A stretch of 64,000 nucleotides of DNA. Origin: Geosiphon pyriformis uo1 (taxonomy: Eukaryota; Fungi; Glomeromycota). Both the position numbers and the translations under genes were made by a program. The notes under the pieces were generated by a model, which did no database searches, was not told the origin of the DNA, and worked only from the letters and a program-made list of their open reading frames with translations. The DNA lies in assembly GCA_016748015.1 (NCBI GenBank), contig JAAOMT010000590.1, positions 186,001-250,000 of the forward strand. Direction: 5' to 3'. This document shows, piece after piece, positions 52,668 through 64,000 of this stretch (the stretch's first letter is position 1; every line of letters starts with the position of its first letter).

Positions 52668-55600
52668 TGTAGTCTTAATCAGTCGAGTGGCTAGTTACAT
52701 GTAGCAAAAGTATGAATCACATTTAATTTAGAACTTTAGATAGTTGTATTGTATTAAATAGTGATTGGACTTCACTCATTAAATAAAAAATAAAAAAAAA
52801 CTACTCATTAAAGAAAGAATTGAAGAAGCATACTATCAGCCAAAACCAAACTATTAAAACAAGTTGAAAAATTCAACACTAAAGCAGAAAAGTCTTCCAG
52901 CATATTTTCTAATTTAATTACATTAGAAAAGACAGACAGATCCAAAATCATAGCAGTTTTACTACTAGTGGTCTCACCTAAACCCTTTTCTATCACTATA
53001 TTATCTACTTAATCTTGTAATAAAAAGAGTTACTGGCAGTTAACATCTAGGGCTAGGCTAAAAAACTGCTAGTATTAGTGATTCTAATCTCTTAGCCAAC
53101 TCACCAATTTGTTTTGCAAGATTGGCAAGACTGTTTTTAATACTAACCAATCATATTTTCAATCTATTTACAACAAAAAGAGGTTTATCATTATTAATAG
53201 AACCAAAACACAACTTATTATCAGAAAGTGCATGTAAAAAAAGAACACCAATAACTAATATCCAAGTTTTACTACCAAAAACTAAAAAATAAGGGATGGA
53301 TGCAAATTTTTTCTTGTAAATTCTTGCCAACCTAAACTAATTCTAAGCTAAAAGAGAAGCTCTTCTGCTCTTTGAAGCTGATGGCATTTTTATTGATCTA
53401 TAAACAAGAGATATATAATCTGAAATCTTATAAACAGAACACAAAGCAAAAGACAGACATGACCAATAAAGACCAATCTCTTTTATAACCAGGATCATAG
53501 TTATTGCATTTACTATATCCAACTCAGAACCAAAACAAACAGTAACACAATAAGCATAAATATAATTGGTGGAATTATAATCAATGAAGCAAGTTTTTTT
53601 ATTAATAGAACCAATAAATTCTTATATATTGTGAACAGTTGTTTTCATAAAGAATGTATAGAGTAAAACTCTATATTTATCTCTAAAGTTCCATATTTGT
53701 TTATTGAGATCAGCTCTGGCTATATAAACTGTATCTTTTTCAATAAGAATAGACTACTTAAAAGCCAAGAAATTAGCCTGATTTTGATCTTTCAATTTAA
53801 TGATCACTTTCTGTCAGAGACTTACCAGTTATATCTTAATTGACTTAATGTTACTAAACTCAACTACAGCAGTACATATAGCCTCAACAGATGTTTTTAC
53901 AAGAATTTTTTTTAACACAATTGCCTAATTCATATGATTGTTAACAGAATACTTGAAATCAGTATTTACAATAATACTTCAATCATTTGCTAATTTAGTC
54001 ATGGCCATCATTGCCTTTTCAGAAATAAAAGAAACCTAGATAATTCTACCAAATTTTAAGTGAGTAAAGACCTTTCCAAAACTATTCACACTAGAGAAAA
54101 TTTTTCTGACAAAATTCAATTTATTTTAAGAGAATTTACCAGCCACTATTACAAAATTAATGTCAAGAACAAAAAATTTCTTAACTGAAACTTGAACTGT
54201 GAGTTTAAGAAAGAAAGGAGGAGGAAACAAAAGTGATTTATTTAACACATTACTATTACTATCACTGTCTATATTAAAATTAATTATATCTAGAGGCTTC
54301 CCAAAAACACACTTCATAACTATTTTTTTAGGTTCTTTGAACATCATTTTAGCATTATTACTATCAGATTCTTTTTCACTTTTCTGTTAAAAGCTTGTTT
54401 TTTTACCAAATATTCTTTCTCTATATCTATACTTTTTAATTCAGTAGTATTTCTACTTACATGTCTAACTGAATTACTAAAAACACTATTAACAAAAGCA
54501 CTAATCACAGCAATAAGTTTTTTTAATAAACTATCCTTGCACTTTTTTTTAGCAGAAGAATCAACAACAGCAGAACCAAAAATTAACTCCTTCTTGAATT
54601 CTTTTATAACAAAATTATTACTATTACTAACAACCTTGTATTTAAACAGAAAAAGTTTGGAAGTATCTAATTGAATAGCAAAAAAAAGCAAAGCAACAAA
54701 AAACTTCTTTCAAAATATGCACTTTTTTAGGAATTTTGGATGTAGAGAAAAAAAAAGTTATTTATATTTAGTAAATTTACAATAAAACTGTTTTTTAGTT
54801 TGTTAAAATAGTTTTAAAATTAAAATTTATTAATTAATTTATTATTTTAATGCTTTATATTAAAGTTTATTTTTTTTTGTTGTAATTAATTTTGGGCCAA
54901 TTAATAAAACATATAAATTTTAGTTTATTAAAATTACAAAATTTATAAATAAAAAATTTAAGTTTTTAATAAATTTAATTGTTTTTTTTTGATTATTTGT
55001 CATAAATTTAAAAATTTGATTTACTTTTATAAAAACCCAAATTTAAAACATTGTTAATTTGGTTGTTGGTTTGTTTAATAGTTATAATTAATTTTAAAAA
55101 ATACAAAACTTATTTAATAAAATAAAAAATTAATTAATTTTAATTAATTTTAATAATTATATTATATAAGGCATATAAAATAACAAAATAAAATTCTATA
55201 AATTAACAACAAAAAATTAAATACATTAACATGTTTATAATAAACAAATTAAAAAATTATTTAAGTAAAATAAAAATAATAATTTAAAAAATAATAATTT
55301 AAATATAAATAATTAATTATATATAAATAAAATAAAATAAAATATAAACTGTGTTTATTATAATATTTGTTTTTTGTTTTAAACACTATCTTAAAAATTT
55401 AACCAATAAAATATTAAAATAAATATATTTTTTTAAAATATTTTTGTTATTTTTATATATAATAAGATTAAATTATTAAAAATACCAATAAAAAATATTA
55501 AGAAATAAATAATAGTTATAAAAATTTATTATTAATGTTAACTTTGCAATTGTTAATTTAAACAAAAAAATATATAAAAAAAATTATTAAAATCAAAAAA

Positions 55601-55759
55601 ACAAGCCTATTATAACACATAAATTTAAATTTGTCATAATCTTAAGGTTATTTGTGAAATATTTATTTTATTATTGGGTATTTTTCAAGTACATATTCTG
55701 TCTAAGTACATAAATATATCTGGTTCCAAGAGTGTGCATTTATAAAAGTATTACTGTAG

Positions 55760-56803
55760 TTATTTTGATTCTGATATTACAGGGGCCGAATTTTCGGTAA
55801 CAGTTACAGAAGATTTCTTTTTGGAGAACGAGGTATTTTTAAAAGGGATTCCAAATCCGCTCATTAGCATTCTACAATCCAAATTAGTCTTAGCGGATGC
55901 ATTGAAAAGAATATCAAAACCAGTCATTACAGGGTACATATCGATATTTGGCTCGATATCTGGAAAGAATGGCATTGCTTGAGCTGGGACTCCCATCCCA
56001 ATATTACCCCTTCCATCTCCTGCTTTCTCCGGCAATCCATACCATTCCTTTAATCGTGGTAACACAATTTCGACAAATTTATCGAGAAATGTGTACATTG
56101 CAAGACCTTTGAGAACTACTTTACAACCGACGGGCATACCTAAAATTCAAAAAAGAAATTTAAATTTCAAAAATTCATCTAGTCAACCTGAACTGAAATG
56201 AAATCGGGTAACCAAGTTACCCTCTCTCAGTTTCCAAGATGCTACATTATTCTTTGAATAAACGATTGTTGGTCGTTGGGAAGTGATAGCTTGCATGGCC
56301 ATAAGTCCACTCATTAAATGTTGTTTACTGTAAACAGCGTCTTTCATCATGCAATGCACGTGAATTTCCTGCAATTCTGGGACACTTTTTACTGAACTAG
56401 GAAATAGTTTCGGTTTTCTTGGAGGCTTTGGCCGCACAACGAACCCTTTTTTGTATGGGTTCTCGGGAACCTGGGGATTTTCGCCCTTTCCGGACAACTC
56501 TTCAGGCGGTTGCAATTTCGAATTATGAGGGCTACTGTGTCTATAGGTTAGTATCATCAAGTCTTCAGCGAGGGTATTGAGATAGTGTTCCTCGAAACGG
56601 TTGAGTGAGGTACGGTTTGGAAAGAACTCGGGGTCATTTGGAAGTCTGGCTCTCGCTTTTGGTATTGGACCAGAGACTCTTGGTATTACTTGTTTAGGGC
56701 GTTTGTAGTGAAAGGAGGCTACATATTTTGGATTGTGGATTATTAATTGACACCAGGAAGAACGGCATAAATTTTTTCTTTTTTGAAGAAAAGAAAGTGA
56801 CAT
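55760..56803 (-). CDS. MRPL7: Mitochondrial large-subunit ribosomal protein uL5m (L5 family; yeast MRPL7-like), 2 exons join(56221-56803, 55760-56139), 320 aa
   Basis: L5 motifs VPELQEIHVH, ITSQRP, WKLREG|MPVGCKVVLKG..MY.FLDK...VLPR, GDGRGNI.MG, FFPDI, GFDI. The 81-nt GT..AG intron 56140-56220 restores the frame. Basic, Ser-rich N-terminus fits a transit peptide; CpG is retained. Confidence 0.93.
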
Positions 56804-57019
56804 GGTTGTTCTGGCGCTTGGAGATGATGGGTGTTGATCAGATCCAAAAAACGAAAAAACATGACTGGTAGATAAATAATTATGTCATTGTTTAATCAAA
56901 TGTAATTATTTCAATCAATTGTAGCTTTCTCAACTAGTCAAACTTATAGTTATACCTCGCTTTTATACCATTCCAAAATTACCAATGGATGTGGCCTCTC
57001 ACCTAAATTCAAAAGGTTC

Positions 57020-58141
57020 AGCCATACTATTAGACAATTTATTAAAAACTATCATAGTTAATAACATAGAACAAATGACAAATACACAGCTTAAAGATCT
57101 ACAAAAAACAATACTTGACACAACAATTGAATATTATATTAGAAGAACAATTTTTGCAGATACATATAATTTCACAGAAGCTTAATTTTAAAAAAGAAAA
57201 ACATAATAATCCAAAATAACACAGAATAATGCATAATAACTTAAGATAATGCAAAATAATACACAATAATACAAAATAACTAGTCATAATATAAGATAAC
57301 TAATTATAATATAAAAAAACAAAACAATAACAAAAATAACAAACAATAGTTAATAATAACAAATAATTAAAAACAATCTTATAAAACTAAAAAATATGTA
57401 TAAAATTAAATAGTTTTAGCAAATAAAAAAAAACAGACAGAAAATAAGAACATATTTCCTTAAAAATATATTTTAGCTTTAAAAAAAACTTGATAAATCT
57501 TTTTTATCTTATTTTCTCTATATTTTTATATTTATAATTAAATAAAAATATTGTTTAATTTACTCATATATAATCTTAGAATATGTAATATCAAAATCAA
57601 ATTAATTGTTTTTCTTATTCTTGTTCCAGGCCAGATACTATTAGCATAAATAACTTGAAAATCCTAATAACTTAAACCAATTATTCTTGATTATGACAAT
57701 TAATAATACTAATTTTTTTTTTCTTATTTTTTTTCTTTTTTTTGAACTTTTTTTTTCTTTTAATAGAGCAATAATATTAAAAAAATCAACTGTTTAAGAA
57801 TAAATTTTATGATAACTTGGTAAAAAAAGAAAGTTTTTTTTAAGTTTAAATATTAATTTTATCTTGTTAGCTTATCAAAAAAGCAATATTAAACTTTAAC
57901 AACTGTACTTAATTAGTTTAAAGAAAATAGTTCATACATATTTAAATGTAAACAGTTAAATCATATCTTTGTATTTTATAATTAAAGAACTCCACAAGTA
58001 AATTCATATATATTAAAAATTTTTAAAAACTAATTACACTAATCTGTTACTTATAGCAAACAAAAAAAACCTTTAAGCTTTTTTACTTAAATATAAAACA
58101 CCAAACATTACTATTATATCTTACTAAGTTTATCTATAATA
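57020..58141 (+). mobile_element. Gypsy G remnant: ORF3 C-terminus, PPT and decayed LTR (~57204-58141)
   Basis: ILLDNLLKTIIVNNIEQMTNTQLKDLQKTI...YNFTEA* aligns with the ORF3 end LLLDPTINIIITNSIGRLTNLQFQELQQQI...FNFDKAQS*. The LTR matches 8251-8490 plus 10790-11326. Confidence 0.75.
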
Positions 58142-58339
58142 ATAATACTTTTCTTAATATTTACAACTTTAATTAAACTGTTAACTAATTTTATAATTAT
58201 AAATAGACTTGTATTAAAAAAAATAATTTAAGAAAAAAAATAAAATTGATAAAAACAATCTTATTTTTTTCAAATTTTGGTGTTTTTATTATAAATAAAA
58301 GATTAATAAAAGAAGGTTTTTGTAATATTTATAAGTAAA

Positions 58340-58910
58340 AAACAAATATTTTATTTTATTTGCTTTTTTTTGTTATTATTAAATTAATTAATTCAAAAAA
58401 TAAACATTAAAATTATATTATCAAAAATAATTTAATAAAAAACACAAAATTAAAACATAAAATTAACTTAAATAATTCATTAAAAAAATAAAAACACTAA
58501 AATAAATTGATTATTACAAAAAAATAAAATATTAAGTATTAAAAGTTATTAAAATTGAATTTTTGTTTTTTATACAAAAAATTCAATTATAAAAATCTTT
58601 AAATAATATAACTAATTCACAATATTAAATTATAAAATATAATTTAATATATTTATTTATAATATTAATAATATTTAAAAATTTTGGTAAATTTAATAAT
58701 TTGATGATTTTTAATATTTAATATATTATTTTTTAATATAATAATTGGTTTATTTTAATGTTTTTTACTTTTTTTAATTTTTTGCAAGTTAATTTTATGT
58801 TTTAGTTTTTGTATTTTTTATTAAATAATTCTTAAAATTATAATTTTAATGCTTATTTTTTGAATTAATTAGTTTAGTAATAAAACAATAATAAAAAATA
58901 AATAAATAAA
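58340..58910. repeat. Imperfect inverted repeat of two very decayed LTR-like segments (~58340-58560 and ~58700-58910)
   Basis: ttaattcaaaaaataaacattaaaattata...aaaacataaaattaactt recurs as a reverse complement. Confidence 0.6.
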
Positions 58911-59289
58911 AATTAGTATTTTATTAATTATAATTAAGAAATATTAATTTAATATAGTAAACTTGATAATTTTATATTTTATAAACTAAATACAAAATTA
59001 AATTAAAAAAATTTAATTAAGAATAATATTATTTTTACAAATTAACAAAAAATCTAAGAATTTATAATTTAGTTATATATTATTTAAATTTAAGTAATTT
59101 AAAAAAAAACCAAAATAATTTTTAATATATTTTATGTAATATTTAATTATAATTAATTAAAAAATTTAAAATTTAGTTTTTAATTTAAAATTTATTTTTG
59201 TTAAATAATACAGTTTTAATTAATTTAAATAATTAATTATATGTAAAAAATATATAAGCTGTATTTATATAATTTGAAAAAAAAAGATT

Positions 59290-61140
59290 AAACTTCTTTT
59301 TTTCTTATATTCAAAATTTACAAAAAGAGTACATTTGTTAAAACAAGGTTTTAATTATTTAGTACAATAAATCCAAACTATTTCTGCTTGATTATAAAGT
59401 TATTATTAGTCTTAATATTATTGTTATAAAAAAGTCTATTAAAAATTTTGGTTCTAGTACTAATGCCAAATTTATTATATCAAAAAAAAAAGAGATAGTG
59501 TTTTGGAAGATAGTATTAATAACAAAAAAATTTTGCTAAGAGATTGAGCAGTTGCTCTTGAGACTTAGAAACTAGTAAATCCACTAAATTTGATAGTGTT
59601 GACATAAAAGTAAAGTGTCTGGCTAAAGAAATCAATATTAACTATAGTAAAAGTAATGCTTTTGCTGAGATAAATTCTGATTAAATACCAAAAAGTTCAT
59701 GAATAAAAACCAAAAAAGCATTGAAAAAGCCATTGGAAAAAATCAATTTCTTGAATAATAGTAATAATAATATTCTTTTGAATGCTTCTTTGATACTTTC
59801 TTTCTTTTAAAAATCTGGTCAATGTTTTTATTAGAAAGTTTTTTACTTTTGATATTAGATTAAACTAGGTTGCTAAAAAAACATCTCAAAAGAAATGCAT
59901 AGTGATTAGAAAACTGTTTTCAGAAATTAATAATTTTGAAAAAACATTTATTTTCTCAAAATTTGCTGGAATTATTAAAGTGATATTTACTTCTAAATCA
60001 AGTTTAGAGCAGACTATTAATAAGACTAAAAATGCAAAAATTCTGGTAAACACTAATTTTAGGAATCTATTGAATGTTCAAATTAGACTGTAATAATAAT
60101 AAAAATTCCAATTGGTACATTAACCAAGACTGTACATGCTGTACTATTCAAGTTTGAAATAATTAAGTTAATTAAAATGCAGTTGGTAAAAATATAACAA
60201 AAAACTATAATAGAATTTGAGCAATCAGATTATACTGATTTGATTACTGCAAAATGATTTATTTTAATTGAAAAAGATGCTATACAAATTACAAGAACCA
60301 ATATAAACAAAAAAAATATGGGATATTAAAGATTATAATAGGACATTGCTCTATACTCTGCTTTTGAGAACTAATATCCATAATATCTGGTACTTTATTA
60401 GATCAATAGATAAGAAAACTTGTATAATAAATCATTATTTGATTATATATGTTTAAGCTAAATGTATTATTGTTTGTTTTAATTTTCTTAAATCAATGTA
60501 TGCTGTTATGAGAATTATATCAGTACTAAAGAGTATTAATTTATATTGGTCTTATATCAGTTTAACTAAATGTGCCAAATGTGATTGTTTAGATTATATG
60601 TCATTAAACTATACTATTAGTAAGAAAATTCTTTTTAGTAGTTTGTTTTATAAGGTTTTTTAGATACTAATAAAAACAGACTAACTGCCATTTATACCAA
60701 ATATTTGATTTCTGTTGTTTATTTTGTTGCTTTTGGTAATGTTTCTTGGACTTCAGTTATTGATAAAATTTTTTTTTTCCTTTTTTCTATACAAAATAAT
60801 CTGGCTAATCTTGGTTTCTCCTTAGAAGCAAAGTTTTTCTTACTAGTATTAAATGAATTAGATAATAGATTTTCTATTATTGAACACAATCTTATTAGCC
60901 TTATGAAGCAAGTAAGTGAGTTGGCTAAAAAATTGAATGTACTTGGGTTAATAGTTTCTTAATTTAGCCCTAGATATTAACCATTAGTAACTCTTTTATT
61001 ACAAAATTAAGATATAGATATAATAATAAATAAGAGTTTGGGTGTAGTTACTGATAGTAGAACTGTTGTGAAAGTAACATTTTTGGATAAGTTAATAATT
61101 TTTAAGTTGAAAAACAGTTTGATAAGTCTTTTAAATATGA
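59290..61140 (+). mobile_element. LINE H 5' UTR and decayed ORF1, cut by Gypsy E
   Basis: 5' motif like 45511-45570; IRKLFSEINNF..SKFAGIIKVIFTS is homologous to the other ORF1s; coiled-coil tail. Confidence 0.8.
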
Positions 61141-64000
61141 TATTACAGGTAATTATTTGAGATGTAAAAACAAATAATAAACCCATAACTGGTGTTCAAT
61201 AGCTAATATGGTTGGTAATATCTGAAAATTTTCATAATCTAAAGGTTTTTGTTTGAGTTTTTTGTATAATAGACAGAGATTCAAGTTGGTTGTTTTAGTT
61301 ACCTTTCAGAATATTCAATTCTGTTAATTTCTTTCTCAGCTTAATGGCCAGTAATTTTTTGGTAAATAATCCTCAATTTATAATTGTCTACCCTCTTTCT
61401 AAAATTTTTTATCAGTGTCTTTAACATCAATAACTCTATGCATTAATTTTTAATTAATTAGTAAATAACAAAGAAATAAAATAAAAATAAAATAAAAAAA
61501 ATAACAAAAAAAGTAAAAAAATTAGTATTCTATTAATAGCCATAATTAAGAGCTTTTGTTTTAGTATGGTTAAGTATTAGATATTATCAACATAAAGTGT
61601 TAATAATAGAAGATTAGTCGAGATTCTCAAACAGTCAGTAAAAACATAAATTAAATAAAATAAAGAGTATTTTTATTGATATTTAATGATTTCACTTTGG
61701 TTGATAATAACTATTCTTAAAGTAATTATTTAATAAATAAGAAAAAGATTTTTTCAAATCAATTTAATATTTTTCTTGCTTTTACTACTACTGTTATATA
61801 TACATAATTTGGATTATATAATGTTGTACATATTTTTAAGTAATATTTTATAATTTTTTAAACAATGCTTATATTGTTAAACAATATGTCATGATTTCTG
61901 ATAATACTTCATATTGTTAAGTAATATGTCATAATTTTTTAACAATAGTCTATATTACTAAACAATGTGTTTATGTGCTAAATACTATTCTCTTATTGGT
62001 CTATTTTCTATTTGTTTTTTTTACTACTTTTCTTGTGTTTTTTTTCTATAAGTAATATTATCTCCCTCTTTAATATTGAGCTCCATCAAAATCTTCATTT
62101 TGAATTAATTCTATTATTTTTTTTTCTAAGACTGTTTGTTCAACTCTGGTTTTTATGTCTTTCACTTGTAAGTTGTTTATTTTTCTCTATTAGTTAATGA
62201 TTATTATCTCTATTTCTGAGTATAGTAGTATTTTTGAATAATTTTGAAATATAGTGTATAGTTAATAAATTGTCCTAATATGTAGTATTAAATTTGTCTT
62301 TTTTCCAATAAAGTTTTCAATTTGTTGTATTATTTTTTGATTGAATATTTTCTTAGATTTGTCAATATATAATTTTTGAATATTCAGCTTTTGTCTTAAT
62401 TAATAATAACAATATAATATTGGAAATTGTTTTGTTTATTGTTTCTAATTTTTTTTGTTAGTTTTACTATTGAAACCATGATGGGTATTTTTCTAAATGT
62501 ATTTTTTACTTTTTTTATTATCTTATCTAACTAGTTTCTCATTTGGTTCTGTGGTTATTAGTATAGTATGGTTCTTTTTTTCTGTTTTTTTGAGTATTCT
62601 GGTAGTAAATAGTCTGATAATTGATAACAATTTCCATTTTTAATTATTGTTGATTCAAGATTTAAAGTAATTGTTGAGCCATTGTGTAGATGTAGTCTGG
62701 TATTTTTATCTTTTATCATTGCTTTTATTGCATATACTGTGTTTTTATATATTATTCTGGTTAATTAATTTAATGTGTTTGTATTGATGATTATGATTGG
62801 TTCTAGATTTTGTAGAATTTCATTTGGTTGGACTAGTATTTGTTGTATTTCCAGTTGTGAAATATTATTGGTAAATGATGATGCTGTATTGTAATATGGT
62901 TTTAATTAATCTTTATATACTGCTTTAACTAAGATTTTATTATTCCATATTAGTTTATAAGCTCTATTTTCTAAAAAATTTTTAATGTAAATGGTTCATC
63001 TTATTTGAGGTCAAATTTTCTACTCTATTGTTTTTCTACTTTAGTATGATGTAAAAATACTTTGTTTTCAATTTTAAATGTGACTGGTTTATCTAGTAAT
63101 TAATTATTATGTCTTTTTTTTTGTTTTTTTGTGATCTTTGAATGTTATTAACTGTTCTTTATCTTTTGTTTTTCAAGGTTTTTATTAATTTATATGTTTT
63201 TTTTAGCAATATTTTTTGAAATTTAAATTCTGTTATTGGTTTTGTTAGATATGTGTTAATATCTATTTCTACTAATAATATTGCTGTTTTACTATAAACA
63301 AGTTTAAATAGTGTTGCTTGTATGATATCTTGTTTTATTGTTCAATAAGCAAATAGTACTGATAGTACAAACAAATCTCATTTATTCTGGTTTTTTTGGC
63401 TGATTTTTGCTATCACTTCACACAATGTTTTGTTAAATTTTTCAACTAAGCCATTTGTTTGTGGATAATATAGTGATAATAATGGTTTTTTGATTCCAAA
63501 TCTTTTACTTAATTCTGTTAATATTCTGTTTACAAAATAAGTTTTTTAATCTAATAATAATTTTTTTGGACATCCATGTTAACAAATCAAATCTTGGTGC
63601 ACAAATTTGGCTATGAATTCTGTATTTGTTCTTTGAATTGCTTTCATTTCTGGCCATTTAATGAGATAGTCCATGATTACTGCTATATATTTGTTGTCTC
63701 TGCTGGTGATTGTTAATGGTCCAACTAAGTCAATTCTAATTCAATCAAATAATTGTTCTATTCTAATTAGTCTTAGTGGTTTACTGGGTTTTGTTTCTCT
63801 TCTTTGTTAACAAGTATCACAATTTTAAACGTATTGAATAATATCCAAATACATTAATGGCCAATAATATCTCTTTCTGATTCTCTTTATGGTTGTTTTT
63901 TTATGGAAATGTCCTGCTATTAGATGTGAATACATGTTAAATAATATTGTTTCTTTTTCTAATTCTGTAATTACTTTAAATAGTTGCTCTGGATCTTTTC
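61141..64000 (-). mobile_element. Gypsy E (family of A): integrase, ORF3 (~62072-62740), PPT (62058-62071), 3' LTR (61141-62057); continues beyond window
   Basis: Reverse complement is colinear with ~5040-7885. Confidence 0.9.

Larger units (their letters stand above)
45485..52797 (+). mobile_element. Near full-length LINE F (same family as LINE C), inserted at the ORF1/ORF2 junction of LINE B
   Basis: TSD AAACTACTYA (45475-45484 and 52798-52807), conserved 5' UTR, ORF1, ORF2, 3' UTR and A tail. Confidence 0.92.
14774..54781 (-). mobile_element. Full-length LINE B (ORF1; ORF2 APE-RT-RNaseH-CCHC) in five pieces: 52808-54781, 43830-45484, 36180-36283, 25768-27512, 14774-16064
   Basis: TSD ATAAAACTGTTTTTT at 14759-14773 and 54782-54796. 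Coding sequence resumes across each insertion (e.g. LLDFLNLCLI|HKFV..W.KAWVSMIPK). Confidence 0.88.

Noticed and set aside
54800-55600. Possible centromere, origin or ncRNA in near-pure AT sequence
   Set aside because: No supportable structure; most simply end-stage decayed repeat.
56183-56220. C-terminus NLVTRFHFSSG of the 206-aa ORF, and a separate 125-aa gene at 55760-56137
   Set aside because: Read-through into an intron; splicing 56140-56220 joins both into one uL5m CDS.
56985-57185. Small host gene divergent from uL5m
   Set aside because: Most of it aligns to the C-terminus of Gypsy ORF3 and it is followed by a PPT and LTR.

Overview
Very AT-rich eukaryotic DNA, almost entirely nested and decayed retrotransposons. 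It is probably fungal; the element families and composition suggest Glomeromycotina (inference only). The only host gene is a two-exon mitochondrial ribosomal protein uL5m gene (55760-56803, minus). A full-length LINE of about 6.7 kb (15-bp TSD at 14759-14773 and 54782-54796) has been stretched over 40 kb by two Ty3/Gypsy elements and two younger LINEs, two of which carry solo LTRs. The Gypsy elements are unusual: 4-bp TSDs, no chromodomain, dUTPase in two of them, a stop after RNase H so that integrase appears to be a separate ORF, a conserved extra ORF between integrase and the PPT, and family-specific tandem arrays in the LTR U3. Two copies of an ORF1-only (HAL1-like) non-LTR element carry the LINE 3' UTR. 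Repeats have decayed almost purely by transitions. An apparently exact 2278-bp tandem duplication joined by a Tn5/Nextera mosaic end (28036-28054) is an assembly artefact. All coordinates and counts were made by eye.
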